In this document: in pieces, positions 10,130-20,625 of the stretch
How positions within the stretch are numbered: position 1 is the first letter of the stretch
Layout of the letters: the number at the start of each line of letters is the position of its first letter
Virus record (IMG/VR): IMGVR_UViG_3300027819_000006
Length of the DNA stretch: 64,000 nucleotides
Source: a virus
Taxonomy: Duplodnaviria > Caudoviricetes
Reading direction: 5' to 3' (one strand)
Position numbers and translations under genes: made by a program
The notes under the pieces: model-generated
The model's database searches: none
The model's input: only the letters and a program-made list of their open reading frames with translations
What the model was told of the DNA's origin: nothing

Positions 10130-10653
10130 TTAGATTTGTCAACAATAAATTGCATTATTTGACTTATTTCATCTGATAAACACTCAGAATCAGTATACAA
10201 TTTTATTGTATTACATTTAGTCCAAATATAAAAATCTTTCTTGTACATATCATGCAACAATTTTATGTTGTCTTTATTAACAAATTCATCATCATATTTA
10301 TACTTCATTCTCAAACAAATTATAATAAAAGTATTTAATTCACTAAATTTTTTGTCTACTAATTCTAAAATTTCTTCATTGGTTTCTCTATTAAACACTT
10401 TTGAATAGACATACTCTGACGGAAAAGCTCTATCAAATATTACAGAGGTATTAGTTTGTTTCAAAAAATCTACAATATATGTTTGATCATATATCATAGC
10501 ATCTTTAAAATTAAATTTGTTATCTGTAAACAGTGTTTTTTCTTTAATTTCATCTAAAGATCTTTTGAACACCGGAATGTTTAATATTTCAGACATTCTA
10601 CTTGCAATTGTAGATTTTCCTACTCTGTCTGGACCCTCAAAAATTAATATCAT
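10126..10653 (-). CDS. dNMP (thymidylate-like) kinase
   Basis: IFEGPDRVGKST P-loop; IFDRAFPSEYVY. Confidence 0.85.
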   Translation of the reverse strand: MILIFEGPDRVGKSTIASRMSEILNIPVFKRSLDEIKEKTLFTDNKFNFKDAMIYDQTYIVDFLKQTNTSVIFDRAFPSEYVYSKVFNRETNEEILELVDKKFSELNTFIIICLRMKYKYDDEFVNKDNIKLLHDMYKKDFYIWTKCNTIKLYTDSECLSDEISQIMQFIVDKSK

Positions 10654-10932
10654 CTAAACCTCTAGTTTTGGTACATTAACCATTTCACTTCTAGATTTTG
10701 TTTGATCATAATAATGTCTAATTTCAAAATGAGATTCACTAATATCTTCTATAAATTTTTTTATAGCAATTTCTCTATTACAGTTTCTATTTGATAATAT
10801 TGAAACTTCTTGTTTGTTTTTAAATATTACTGTAGTGTCTATATACTTTATATAACAAATATATTCACCATATGCATATTGTATATTAAATGTTATATCA
10901 TCTCTAGTATCAATAAATTGTTCTATTGTCAT
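10654..10932 (-). CDS. hypothetical protein
   Basis: 92-aa ORF abutting its neighbours. Confidence 0.5.
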   Translation of the reverse strand: MTIEQFIDTRDDITFNIQYAYGEYICYIKYIDTTVIFKNKQEVSILSNRNCNREIAIKKFIEDISESHFEIRHYYDQTKSRSEMVNVPKLEV

Positions 10933-10936
10933 AATT

Positions 10937-11989
10937 TTATAAAAATACCTTTTCAGTTATAGATGAATTTTGAGAAGCTTGTAACCAATCATCATAATTC
11001 CAATTAGCTACATTATATCTATCACACATTTTACAAACACTTTCTTGTGCATTATATACTCTATTTCTAATTTTCTTTGCTCTTTCAGATATCCAAATTT
11101 TATTTATGTCTTCTTGTAATACATTTCCCATTACAATTGATGGATCTCTTATAAATGAACCATTGTCCCGAGCCATTCTACAACAATTTAGAATATCTCC
11201 ATTTGCATCACAAAATATATGAACCCATGGCATTATACAAAGTGGTGGTGTTTTTCTATCCAATAAACTTATAAAACTTTTAATATTAGTTTTATATTTA
11301 GTTTTAACACAAAGTGCTTCATCTACATATTCTTTAACTTTATTCTTATCTATATTATTTACCTGCAACTCTGACCAAGTATGTAATGGATAAAAATTAT
11401 TTTCAATTTCTAATTCTTCATTACACATTGTTAATATATCTTTCATCTCATGTATGTTGACTGTAGATATCGTAGAATTACACCGTATTCTTAAGTTTGG
11501 ATTATATTCATTCTTAAGTTTATTCAACAGTTTAATATTTTCTTTTACAGATTTAAGTGTATTTACTCCTCTAGTAGCTGTATATATTTTTTCAGATGCT
11601 CCATCTATAGATATAGAAATCCAATTAGAATTTATTACGAATTTTTCTGTGTTAAATCTACTACCCCACAAACATGCAGTAAGTGTGCCTGTACCCAATC
11701 CAATATTGTGAGCAGTTTCTAAAAATTCGATAAAATTTTCATGTGCAGGAGGATCTCCGCCTGAAAAAACTACAGTATTTGCAGGATTAAAATTAGCCCA
11801 TTGAATTATGTTTAATACAATATCTTTTGGCAGTTTTACATCAGGCCAATCAGGTTTACGACATCCTATACATCTTTGATAACATTTATTTAGAATATTA
11901 AGTTGTATTGATAGTGGTAGATATGTATTTGTAGATTTTGTTTCTATAGCATTTTTAATATTTTTATAATATGGATACAATTTGTCCAA
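10937..11989 (-). CDS. Radical SAM enzyme with SPASM/twitch domain
   Basis: CYQRCIGC (CxxxCxxC), FSGGDP, ISIDG; C-terminal C-x15-CC...CKMC. Confidence 0.9.
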   Translation of the reverse strand: MDKLYPYYKNIKNAIETKSTNTYLPLSIQLNILNKCYQRCIGCRKPDWPDVKLPKDIVLNIIQWANFNPANTVVFSGGDPPAHENFIEFLETAHNIGLGTGTLTACLWGSRFNTEKFVINSNWISISIDGASEKIYTATRGVNTLKSVKENIKLLNKLKNEYNPNLRIRCNSTISTVNIHEMKDILTMCNEELEIENNFYPLHTWSELQVNNIDKNKVKEYVDEALCVKTKYKTNIKSFISLLDRKTPPLCIMPWVHIFCDANGDILNCCRMARDNGSFIRDPSIVMGNVLQEDINKIWISERAKKIRNRVYNAQESVCKMCDRYNVANWNYDDWLQASQNSSITEKVFL

Positions 11990-11990
11990 T

Positions 11991-12836
11991 TTATTTCTCC
12001 AGTGTATTGTAAACTTTTTTCATATTTTTACGATACAAATCAATATCATTACCTTGTCTCATTATATATGATGGGTGAAATATTTTTGCAATTCTATAGT
12101 CTTTAAATAAATTACTGTTGCATATTATATCATGTACAAAATTTCCCAAACACACAATAAATTCAGGATTTAGTATATGTAATTCTTTTTGTAAATATTT
12201 TAAACTGTTGTCCAAACGTTCATCTAATATTTTATCTTCAGGAAACACTCCACATTTAAATATATTTGTATACCAATTTTTAGTACCAAATACTAGATTA
12301 GACAATATTCTAAACAATAGACAATTTTTGCCTTGAGTATATACTCTTGTTTTTGTATTGTAATAAGTATTTGACTCATTCGATAATCTAGATTTACTTG
12401 GAGCTTCACCTATAAAAACATACCTTGGATGTAAAAATCCAGATGGCAGTGAAACATCGCCTTTGTCAAATTTTGTGTCAATGTAATATTCTTCATTATA
12501 ATACAGTGACCAAATATTTGTCAAATTTAATATATCATTATCACATGACGTTGGTAATGTAAGAAATGGATAAATGTTAAATTTTGTTATATCACCATTA
12601 TTATATAAAAAACATAAATCATGTTCATTTGTTAAAATTTCTTTATTTTCTAATTTCCAATGACAAAAATTGAATTTTTTAATCAGATAGTCTTCAAATT
12701 TACATAATTTATCTCTACCATTATTTCTTTTAAATTCTAACAATTCTTGTATATTTGTATTTTGTATATCAATAACACTATTAGTTGTTATCAGTTTCAT
12801 TTCTTTGCAACATTTTTTTGTTGTTTTTAGTAACAA
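11991..12836 (-). CDS. Uracil-DNA glycosylase superfamily protein (family 4-like C-terminal domain)
   Basis: VFIGEAP, YTNIFKC, IVCLG, IFHPSY. Confidence 0.75.
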   Translation of the reverse strand: MLLKTTKKCCKEMKLITTNSVIDIQNTNIQELLEFKRNNGRDKLCKFEDYLIKKFNFCHWKLENKEILTNEHDLCFLYNNGDITKFNIYPFLTLPTSCDNDILNLTNIWSLYYNEEYYIDTKFDKGDVSLPSGFLHPRYVFIGEAPSKSRLSNESNTYYNTKTRVYTQGKNCLLFRILSNLVFGTKNWYTNIFKCGVFPEDKILDERLDNSLKYLQKELHILNPEFIVCLGNFVHDIICNSNLFKDYRIAKIFHPSYIMRQGNDIDLYRKNMKKVYNTLEK

Positions 12837-13719
12837 TGTTGAATTGTTTCAATATTGGTATATATAATTTTTTATTACTTCCAGCTGCATAATGTATCAT
12901 TACAGGTGCATTTAACATTTTCTTTTGTATTTTTGAAGTATCTTTTAATTTGGTTAAAATTAATCTTACTTCACCGTTTTCATAAGTAAACTTATTGTTA
13001 TTGTCTTTGATTATTTTTTTAAAATACCAATTCCAAAATTGATCTGCAAAAAAAGATTTTGAAACATAACCATCTTTTTTATATCCATTTTCATATTTGT
13101 AATAGTGTTGTTTAAATATGTTCATTAAAAAATCATTGGCATAAAATTTATTAAGATAGTCAATCATCCTGTCTTCAAACGTATATGTAAATGTTCCTGC
13201 ACCAAGTGTATCTGAGTTATATTCATCAACTGAAATGTCTAATTCAAATATATTTCTATATTCATAAAACTGTTGTGGAATATTGTTTTTATCATATTTA
13301 TTAAACGGTACACGAATAAATGCATTGTCATATTTAAATAATAAAGAAGCATCCTGATATATAACAATATCATCATCTGTCATAACTATCTTGTCTGTCT
13401 TGTCACTGAAGTATATTGGTATCGTAAATTGTGAATTATATCTATAGTAATTAAAAAACAACTTTGCATCTATGTTTAAAGGATTTAATTTACTAATTGC
13501 TTTTGTGTCGATGTCTTTAGAATCATATATACAATAATTATTTTTTATAGAACTACATTTACTATTCATAATCATTTTATCTATTTCTTTTCTTTTGTCC
13601 ACATTTCTAGTATCATTTACAAAATGAAATAACACATTGTTGTCTGTTTCTTTGGGATATTTATATAGTAATAACTCTAACATATCCATATCATTTTGTA
13701 ATATAATTAAATCTTTCAT
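12781..13719 (-). CDS. GT-A fold glycosyltransferase-like protein
   Basis: VMTDDDIVI (DxD) and a late MIHYAAG motif, as in GT8-like enzymes. Confidence 0.55.
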   Translation of the reverse strand: MKDLIILQNDMDMLELLLYKYPKETDNNVLFHFVNDTRNVDKRKEIDKMIMNSKCSSIKNNYCIYDSKDIDTKAISKLNPLNIDAKLFFNYYRYNSQFTIPIYFSDKTDKIVMTDDDIVIYQDASLLFKYDNAFIRVPFNKYDKNNIPQQFYEYRNIFELDISVDEYNSDTLGAGTFTYTFEDRMIDYLNKFYANDFLMNIFKQHYYKYENGYKKDGYVSKSFFADQFWNWYFKKIIKDNNNKFTYENGEVRLILTKLKDTSKIQKKMLNAPVMIHYAAGSNKKLYIPILKQFNIVTKNNKKMLQRNETDNN

Positions 13720-16037
13720 TTGTTTCCGTTTAAAAGATTATCTATGTTCATTATTGAAAAATCAGCTTGATCTTGGGTATATTTCCATGTTTTGAATCCC
13801 AACATTATTTCATTCTTATCATTTTTGTAAAATCTTATTAAATACAATCCATTCAATATCAAATTTTTTATGAATGAATACAATCCTGTAAATATTGGAA
13901 ATGACAATTTTGTATTATTCATATCACTTACTTGAATAAATGCCATATCATTTTTGTTTTTATCTTTCATTTCTCTTTTACTATCTATTTTTACCACTAC
14001 ATATGCTTCCTCATCTTTTGAATTTTGAAATTCTTCAAATTCACATATATTTAAATCTTTAAAAAATGAACATGATGTTTTATGTATTTCATAAAATTCT
14101 ACAATTTTTTTGGCTTGTTTCATCACTTTTACTTCACTTTGTTTGTTTATGAATAAAACATTGCCATACAATTCTTCCTCAAAAATTGATAGTTCATCAT
14201 TAGTGAATTCTTTTACAGCTAAATTATCAGCATCTTTTTCAAATCTATCATGATTTGAAATATATCTTTTTTTTCTTTTTTCATTGTTTTCTGAATAAGA
14301 TGAACCATATAACTCTAATTCATGTATTAATTTATTTCTATTTTCAGTCCCATGTAAAGAATCAAATGCACCAAGTTTAATCAAATTTATGATATTTTTA
14401 TTACCACATTTTAAATTTCTATACAAAAAGTCTCTGAAAGATTTATAATTACCATTTTTTTCTCTATCTTCTATGATAACTGTAGGAGATTTTTCTCCCA
14501 TGCCCTTTATTTTGCTAAATGGTAATCTTATAGAATTTTGTTCAATACTAAATTCTAAAAATGAATTGTTTGTATCCGGTTGTAATATATTAATTTTAGT
14601 ATTTCTTATTTCTTTTACAGCTGTAACAAAATCCTCTTTACCACTATATGATAATGTAGCTGTATAAAATTCAAGCGGATAATGTGTAGCAAGATATGCT
14701 GTTTGATATGAAATCATGGAATAGCTAAAAGAGTGGGCCCGATTGAAAGAGTACCCTGCATGATTCATTATTTTTTTCCACAAATCTTCTGCAACTTCCT
14801 TTTTACATCCATTAACAATTGCATTGCTTACAAATTTATTTTCAAACTCTTTCCATTCTTTGTGAACTTTTTCCATGTCTAAAGACTTGCTTCTTTTAAC
14901 AACAGATTTTCTAAATGCATTTATTTCTGGCCAGGTAAATCCGCCCAATTCTTTACATAAAATCATAAAATCATCTTGAAAACATACAATAGAATATGTT
15001 TCTTTTAAAACTTTTTCTATAATTGGATGTTCATATGCAATCAACTCAGGACTATGTTTTCCTTTTGCATATTCATCCAGCATTCCAGATCTTAATGGAC
15101 CAGGTCTATATAATGCAGCTATAACAGCAATGTCTACAAAACAATCAGGTATTATTTTTTTTGCTAATTTTCTAATACCATTCTCTGTAAATTGAAATAT
15201 GCCACAAAAATTTCCATCTTGAAAAACATGTTTAAAAACTTGTTGATCTTTTATGTCTATATTATTTGGATGAAATCTTTTTACTATTTCTTTGTAGTCA
15301 ATACATTCTTTTTTTGATATTAATCTATATGTATGGTCCAAAACTCTTAATGTACTTAATCCCAACACATCAAATTTTAAAAATCCAAATTCAGACAATG
15401 TTTTAGATGCTACACCTTCAGTATAAGCAGTTTGCATCACTCTTTTACCATCATCTCCAGCAGTAGATTGTAATGGCATTTTTTTATATAAATCATCAGC
15501 AATACATATACCAGCAGCATGTTTACCCAATGATCTATTTTTACCAAACAACACTTTAAATGTTTCTTCAATACCATCAGCAGATTTAACAAAATTAACA
15601 AATGTTGGTGAATATTCTGACAATTCATCAAATCCTATTTTAATCGTAGATTTGTCTTGATCGTTGTTGTCATGATATATTTCAGATAATTCTATAGAAA
15701 TATTTTTTGTAATTTTATTCATTTCTTCAAATGAACGTCCATATATTCTACCAATATCTTTTACTAAGTTTCTATAAGAAAATGTACCATATAAACTTAC
15801 TTGAGCAACATTATCTTCATGATATCTTTGTTTTAGATATGTTTTTATTCTATCTGGATATTCCCAATCCATGTCGATATCTGGAAGTTCTGAATTGTGT
15901 GAAATTATATATGTATTTCCGAGTTGAGATATTTGATATGAATGGACATTTTCAATTTCTAAATCATATACAATTCCATCATAATCTATTTCTTCTATAG
16001 ATGAAACTTTATGAAAATTTACATTTTCAATATCCAA
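13716..16037 (-). CDS. dnaE: DNA polymerase III alpha, C-terminal part, with N-terminal C-intein
   Basis: ELPDIDMD, GKHAAG, LKFDVLGL, ALYRPGP, YSFNRAHS; preceded by ...VYDLEI...ISHN/S. Confidence 0.95.
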   Translation of the reverse strand: MDIENVNFHKVSSIEEIDYDGIVYDLEIENVHSYQISQLGNTYIISHNSELPDIDMDWEYPDRIKTYLKQRYHEDNVAQVSLYGTFSYRNLVKDIGRIYGRSFEEMNKITKNISIELSEIYHDNNDQDKSTIKIGFDELSEYSPTFVNFVKSADGIEETFKVLFGKNRSLGKHAAGICIADDLYKKMPLQSTAGDDGKRVMQTAYTEGVASKTLSEFGFLKFDVLGLSTLRVLDHTYRLISKKECIDYKEIVKRFHPNNIDIKDQQVFKHVFQDGNFCGIFQFTENGIRKLAKKIIPDCFVDIAVIAALYRPGPLRSGMLDEYAKGKHSPELIAYEHPIIEKVLKETYSIVCFQDDFMILCKELGGFTWPEINAFRKSVVKRSKSLDMEKVHKEWKEFENKFVSNAIVNGCKKEVAEDLWKKIMNHAGYSFNRAHSFSYSMISYQTAYLATHYPLEFYTATLSYSGKEDFVTAVKEIRNTKINILQPDTNNSFLEFSIEQNSIRLPFSKIKGMGEKSPTVIIEDREKNGNYKSFRDFLYRNLKCGNKNIINLIKLGAFDSLHGTENRNKLIHELELYGSSYSENNEKRKKRYISNHDRFEKDADNLAVKEFTNDELSIFEEELYGNVLFINKQSEVKVMKQAKKIVEFYEIHKTSCSFFKDLNICEFEEFQNSKDEEAYVVVKIDSKREMKDKNKNDMAFIQVSDMNNTKLSFPIFTGLYSFIKNLILNGLYLIRFYKNDKNEIMLGFKTWKYTQDQADFSIMNIDNLLNGNK
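15894..16037 (-). other. Split intein C-terminal fragment (48 aa)
   Basis: Block F VYDLEIENVHSY; block G HN followed by Ser+1. Confidence 0.9.
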
Positions 16038-17138
16038 TTTTCACCTTCTTTGATGTAGACATTATCATTTAAATTTTTCATATGCCATTTATGTTTGTTG
16101 GCACACAAACTATTGCAATATGTTTTTTTCTTAGAATTTTTCGTAACTTTACCAATAAGAAAATATTCATTACATCCAATACATCTTTTATAATATTGTT
16201 TTTCTAAATATTTTATTGAATCTTCATATTTTAATTCTAAATTTGATATTACATTTATTAACTTGGAATTTACAAGTAATTTATAAAAATCATTTTGATA
16301 TATAACTTTCAAATTTTTTATAAAATTATTTTGTATATATTGATATTTTTTTTCTATTTCTTCTGTTTTAAAGCCCTTCAGTTCTATATATTCATCTTCA
16401 TCTATTATATAAAAATCAGGAGTATATGATTTGAATCCAATATCAAAAGTTTTAGGATGAAAAACGTAATTTTTATTAATATAAATAAGATATCTTATAA
16501 AATTTGCTTCAAAACTTGAGTGACACAATTCATTAATATCATCTCTATAACCAATAAATCCTCTTGAATATATTTTTATTTGTCCATTTGATTGAGCTAA
16601 AAATTGACATTTTCTAGAACAAAATCTTTTTTTTGCAGATGTTTTTTTTATCTATCCTTATATTAAATTATTACAAGATATATATTCACATTTTTTTTCT
16701 ATAGTACTTTGTTGTATTTTATTATTTTTGAATGTTTTTTTACACTCTGTGGAACAAAATTTTTCAGCAGCCATGACTCTTTTATTCAGCTTAGATATAT
16801 AATAAGTTATCCCACAATTTTTACAAATTACTTCTAATTTATTATATTCAAATTTTAATTTGTTCAAGATAGTTGTATTTATATCTACAAATGTTTGAAC
16901 AGCATTTAACATAAATATCATTTTTGTATATTATAAATTTATTTTTGCAAACTATACATTCCTTTTCTATTAATATTGCATTTTGTAAATTGATATCTAT
17001 TAAACTTGTATTTCTATAATTTTTAGTACATTCTATTGAACAACAATTAACATTACCAATTGTATCAAATAAACTTTTACAATTTAAGCATTTTTTCTGC
17101 ATTTTTTCACCTGTTTGAAAGATTATATAATATATCAT
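16019..17138 (-). pseudogene. Fragmented Cys-rich/PD-(D/E)XK endonuclease between the dnaE halves
   Basis: Three overlapping ORFs with repeated CxxC...CSxxC zinc motifs, ending in SSFEANF...YTPDF...IELKG. The last frame extends upstream as KKRFCSRKC, which indicates frameshifts. Confidence 0.7.
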
Positions 17139-17166
17139 TCAAAGCAAAAAAATACAAAAAAAATAT

Positions 17167-17445
17167 TTATTTTTTTACCTCAACTAGATAATCGTTTAAT
17201 GTGATATCACATGCTAATTTGTATTCAATTTTATCTTTATTATATACTAATAATCTATGATTCTTTGTACATATTATAAAATCATCATGATATTTTATCT
17301 TCAAAAGCTTTTCTTTCTTGTTGTATTTAAAAACATTTTTTACTATATCTTCACTATTTATATTTTTTACAATGTCATTCTTAATTACTTTATTAATTTG
17401 TTTTACAGAATCATTCATCATTATTTTTGTAGTTGGTACCAAACA
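17167..17445 (-). other. Split intein N-terminal fragment (92 aa)
   Basis: Block A CLVPTTKI; block B CTKNH. Confidence 0.9.
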
Positions 17446-18774
17446 TCTACCTGGACTTAGAAATCGTTCAAACATAATATCATATTTAATAGGATCCAAA
17501 GCTATTATATCTAACAAATGAAGCAATAAAGATCCCCCACCTGATCCTCTTCCGGGTCCTGCTAATTGATTCTGTAAACCATATTTATAAATATCATAGA
17601 TTATATAAAAATATGTTCCCAAATTTCTTTCTTGTATTGTACTTATTTCAGTCTTTAATCTATCTACATATACTTTGTTTACATGTAAATTTCTATCTTT
17701 CAAATTTTTTATAGCAACTTTAGTCAAAATTTGCATACATTCTTCTTCAGACAACTCAATATTGTTTTCATCATATACAACAGGTATTTTTAAAGATCTG
17801 TCTAAATGTATTGTGTCTATGATAGTAGATAGTTGGAATGAGTTATCTATGGCTTCTTCTACATTTATCTTGTTTATATCTTTTGAAAATATACTAGCAG
17901 AAGATAGTATTTCTTCTGCACTCTTCAAATAAAGATTTTCACATTTAAATTCATCATTAACAAGTGTTTCATTATCTAATTTTGTTTTTTCTAGTTCTTC
18001 ATCTGTCATATTCATCATTTTATTACCCTCAAGCATCTTAAGTATATCATAAATTTTATGATGCTCTTGTTTAATATAATGAGAATCTGTAGTAACTATA
18101 TAAGGTATTTTTAAAAATTTATTTATTTTCAACAATATCTTGTTGTATGTATCTTGCCATGGTATTTCATTAAATTGTAATTCTAAAAAGTACCTATCTC
18201 CAAATACACTTTTCCACCATTCTACTTCTTTCACAACATTATTTATATTTATATTTTTGCCATCTGTAGAAGCAATTCTACTAATTGGTCCTGCAATACA
18301 AGAGCTTGTAGTTATTATACCTTCATTGTATTTTTCTAGTAATTTTTTGTCTATTCTTGGTTTTCTATAAAATCCATATTTATGTGATAAAAAATTGAGT
18401 TGAAATATATTTTCCAACCCAACATTATTTTGTGCCAATAATACTACATGTGCATAACTATTTACCTTTTTTCTTCTACCTTTTAATTCTTCTTTGCTTA
18501 AAGTTTCTTTTAATTCATCTAATTCTTTTCTATCATTTGCATTTTTTTCCAAATCATTTACTAAATATGCTTCAATACCAAAAATGTGTTTAGTTACAAA
18601 ATTGTTCTTTTCTGCAGCTGTATAAAAATCAGCTATACCATTAAGATTACCATGATCTGTTAGTGCAATTGCATCTATATTTTTATCAATAGCAGTTTTT
18701 ATAATTTCTGCAGGTTTTGCAAGTCCGTCCTGAATACTTGCATCTGAATGATTGTGAATAGATGCATATTTCAT
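17167..18774 (-). CDS. dnaE: DNA polymerase III alpha, N-terminal part (PHP domain), with C-terminal N-intein
   Basis: HNHSDAS, ALTDHG, GPGRGSGGGSLL, FERFLSPGR, then CLVPTT. Confidence 0.95.
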   Translation of the reverse strand: MKYASIHNHSDASIQDGLAKPAEIIKTAIDKNIDAIALTDHGNLNGIADFYTAAEKNNFVTKHIFGIEAYLVNDLEKNANDRKELDELKETLSKEELKGRRKKVNSYAHVVLLAQNNVGLENIFQLNFLSHKYGFYRKPRIDKKLLEKYNEGIITTSSCIAGPISRIASTDGKNININNVVKEVEWWKSVFGDRYFLELQFNEIPWQDTYNKILLKINKFLKIPYIVTTDSHYIKQEHHKIYDILKMLEGNKMMNMTDEELEKTKLDNETLVNDEFKCENLYLKSAEEILSSASIFSKDINKINVEEAIDNSFQLSTIIDTIHLDRSLKIPVVYDENNIELSEEECMQILTKVAIKNLKDRNLHVNKVYVDRLKTEISTIQERNLGTYFYIIYDIYKYGLQNQLAGPGRGSGGGSLLLHLLDIIALDPIKYDIMFERFLSPGRCLVPTTKIMMNDSVKQINKVIKNDIVKNINSEDIVKNVFKYNKKEKLLKIKYHDDFIICTKNHRLLVYNKDKIEYKLACDITLNDYLVEVKK

Positions 18775-18786
18775 GATAAACCTTTC

Positions 18787-19152
18787 TTAATATTTTTCAT
18801 CAACTCTCTTGTTATTTTTATCATTTTTACTTATATACAAATTAGTAATTTTATCTGCATCAATATTAGACAATATTAACAATTCTAAAAATAGATGTAG
18901 TGCATCAACTAATTCTTCTTCATATTCTTCTCTATTAAAATCTTTTATTTCAGATACTCTATTTGGTCTATTTTTTAAATGATATATTGCTTCAAATAAT
19001 TCTTGTGTAATATGAAAAACACATTCTCTTACAGTCTTTACATCATTTTTTACAGATAAATCTAGTGGAAATTGTGGAAGAAATCCAAGATTTACATATC
19101 TTTTCATTAATTTTGTTTGTAGATTAAACAACATGTCTAATTTGTCACTCAT
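18787..19152 (-). CDS. All-alpha NTP pyrophosphatase (dCTPase/dUTPase-like)
   Basis: QELFEA ... EEELVDALHLFL motif of the MazG/T4 gp56 superfamily. Confidence 0.7.
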   Translation of the reverse strand: MSDKLDMLFNLQTKLMKRYVNLGFLPQFPLDLSVKNDVKTVRECVFHITQELFEAIYHLKNRPNRVSEIKDFNREEYEEELVDALHLFLELLILSNIDADKITNLYISKNDKNNKRVDEKY

Positions 19153-19155
19153 CTA

Positions 19156-19647
19156 TCATATCTCCAGTTTAACTGTTTCAACATTATATTGTTTTAAAAA
19201 ATCTAACCCCTCTGTTAAACGGTATTCTTCTAAATATTTAAATATTTTAATTCCAGATGCTACCAATAATCTTGCACACGATATACAGGGAGTCATAGTA
19301 CAATAAATTGTTGAACCAAAAACAGAAACTCCTTGCATGTTAGAATATGATATTGCATTTTGTTCAGCATGTATTGCACGTAAACAACTATTTTGACTAT
19401 CTTTACCACATATGCTTTCACCATTCTCTAATTCTATACAATTTATATCACCAGAAACAGGACCATTTATTCCTAAAGATATAATCCTATTGTTTTTTAC
19501 TATCAAAGCAGCCTGTTTAGTTTTTGCACAACTAGATCTATAGGATACTATTTTAACTATAGATGAAAATATGTCATCCCATGATGCTCTAGATTTTTCA
19601 TATTTTTTATCTAGTTGTTCAAATAAAAATTTGTTATCAAATAACAT
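19156..19647 (-). CDS. dCMP deaminase
   Basis: HAEQNA and PCISC zinc motifs. Confidence 0.9.
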   Translation of the reverse strand: MLFDNKFLFEQLDKKYEKSRASWDDIFSSIVKIVSYRSSCAKTKQAALIVKNNRIISLGINGPVSGDINCIELENGESICGKDSQNSCLRAIHAEQNAISYSNMQGVSVFGSTIYCTMTPCISCARLLVASGIKIFKYLEEYRLTEGLDFLKQYNVETVKLEI

Positions 19648-19649
19648 TG

Positions 19650-20072
19650 TTACTCTTGAAATATAGTTTTTGTGTTTTCATCATATACTACTTTACCAGT
19701 TTTCATATTAATTATTTGATTTTCTTTAGTGATATATTTTAATAATTGCCCATTAGAGCAATGTCTAAAAATTTCATGTATAGTTTTATATTTTTTAGCC
19801 AAAGTCTGTATAGTTCCTTCAAACTGAAGACCTGCACTGCTATAGTTAGCTTTCTTGTTGTGAGCTTCCTTTTCAAATAAATTAATGATTCTTTCTGAAC
19901 TCAATTGCTTACTTCTCCACTTATCATGATTTGTAGGATCTGTTTTTGTTGCTCTATTATGTAATTCTCTATCTATTCCGCTTAAAGAATCTGTCTCGTA
20001 TTTTGTATCGATGCCAGCATAATGTTCAGCTTTCTTAATAACTTCTTTCAACAGATTCCTATTCATTTTCAT
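19650..20072 (-). CDS. hypothetical protein
   Basis: 140-aa ORF, co-directional. Confidence 0.55.
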   Translation of the reverse strand: MKMNRNLLKEVIKKAEHYAGIDTKYETDSLSGIDRELHNRATKTDPTNHDKWRSKQLSSERIINLFEKEAHNKKANYSSAGLQFEGTIQTLAKKYKTIHEIFRHCSNGQLLKYITKENQIINMKTGKVVYDENTKTIFQE

Positions 20073-20079
20073 ATCCTTT

Positions 20080-20625
20080 TCAGATTAAGAATTGTGAAAA
20101 TCTTTTGAATTGAGAATTTATCATTATGTATCTTAAATGCGTACCATCTCTTCTGCTAACTATATATGGAAGTTTTGTAAATGCTACTTTAGGTTCTATG
20201 TAACCTACTTCTATATAATTAAGTTTTCCATCCTCTTTTAATAAAATCGAGAGTGCGTATAAACTGGTGTCTTTAAAATAGTCCTTTTCGCTACCAATAA
20301 AAATTCTAATTTTGTTTTCTTCTATCAGTGGGCATTTTAAATCAATATTCTTTCCATTTTCATCTATAAAATCAATACCATTTCTGTCGAATTCACTGCC
20401 TCTTTCTGGCTGTATGATATCACCATTTCTTTTCTTCTTGTACATGACTTCGCCTAAAATTCCTACAGCAAAACTCTCTGTGTTAACTCTATCAGGATAT
20501 TTTGTCTTAACTACTTTTGAAGCCTCATCTATATCTTTTTTTGTTACTCTCAATCTTTTGCTACTTAATATGATCTCGTGCAATTTGCTGCTCAAAAGTG
20601 TTCTCCAAATGTTATAGTTTTTCAA
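20080..20625 (-). CDS. Putative PD-(D/E)XK nuclease
   Basis: GILGE ... GIDF ... NIDLK pattern. Confidence 0.45.
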   Translation of the reverse strand: MKNYNIWRTLLSSKLHEIILSSKRLRVTKKDIDEASKVVKTKYPDRVNTESFAVGILGEVMYKKKRNGDIIQPERGSEFDRNGIDFIDENGKNIDLKCPLIEENKIRIFIGSEKDYFKDTSLYALSILLKEDGKLNYIEVGYIEPKVAFTKLPYIVSRRDGTHLRYIMINSQFKRFSQFLI

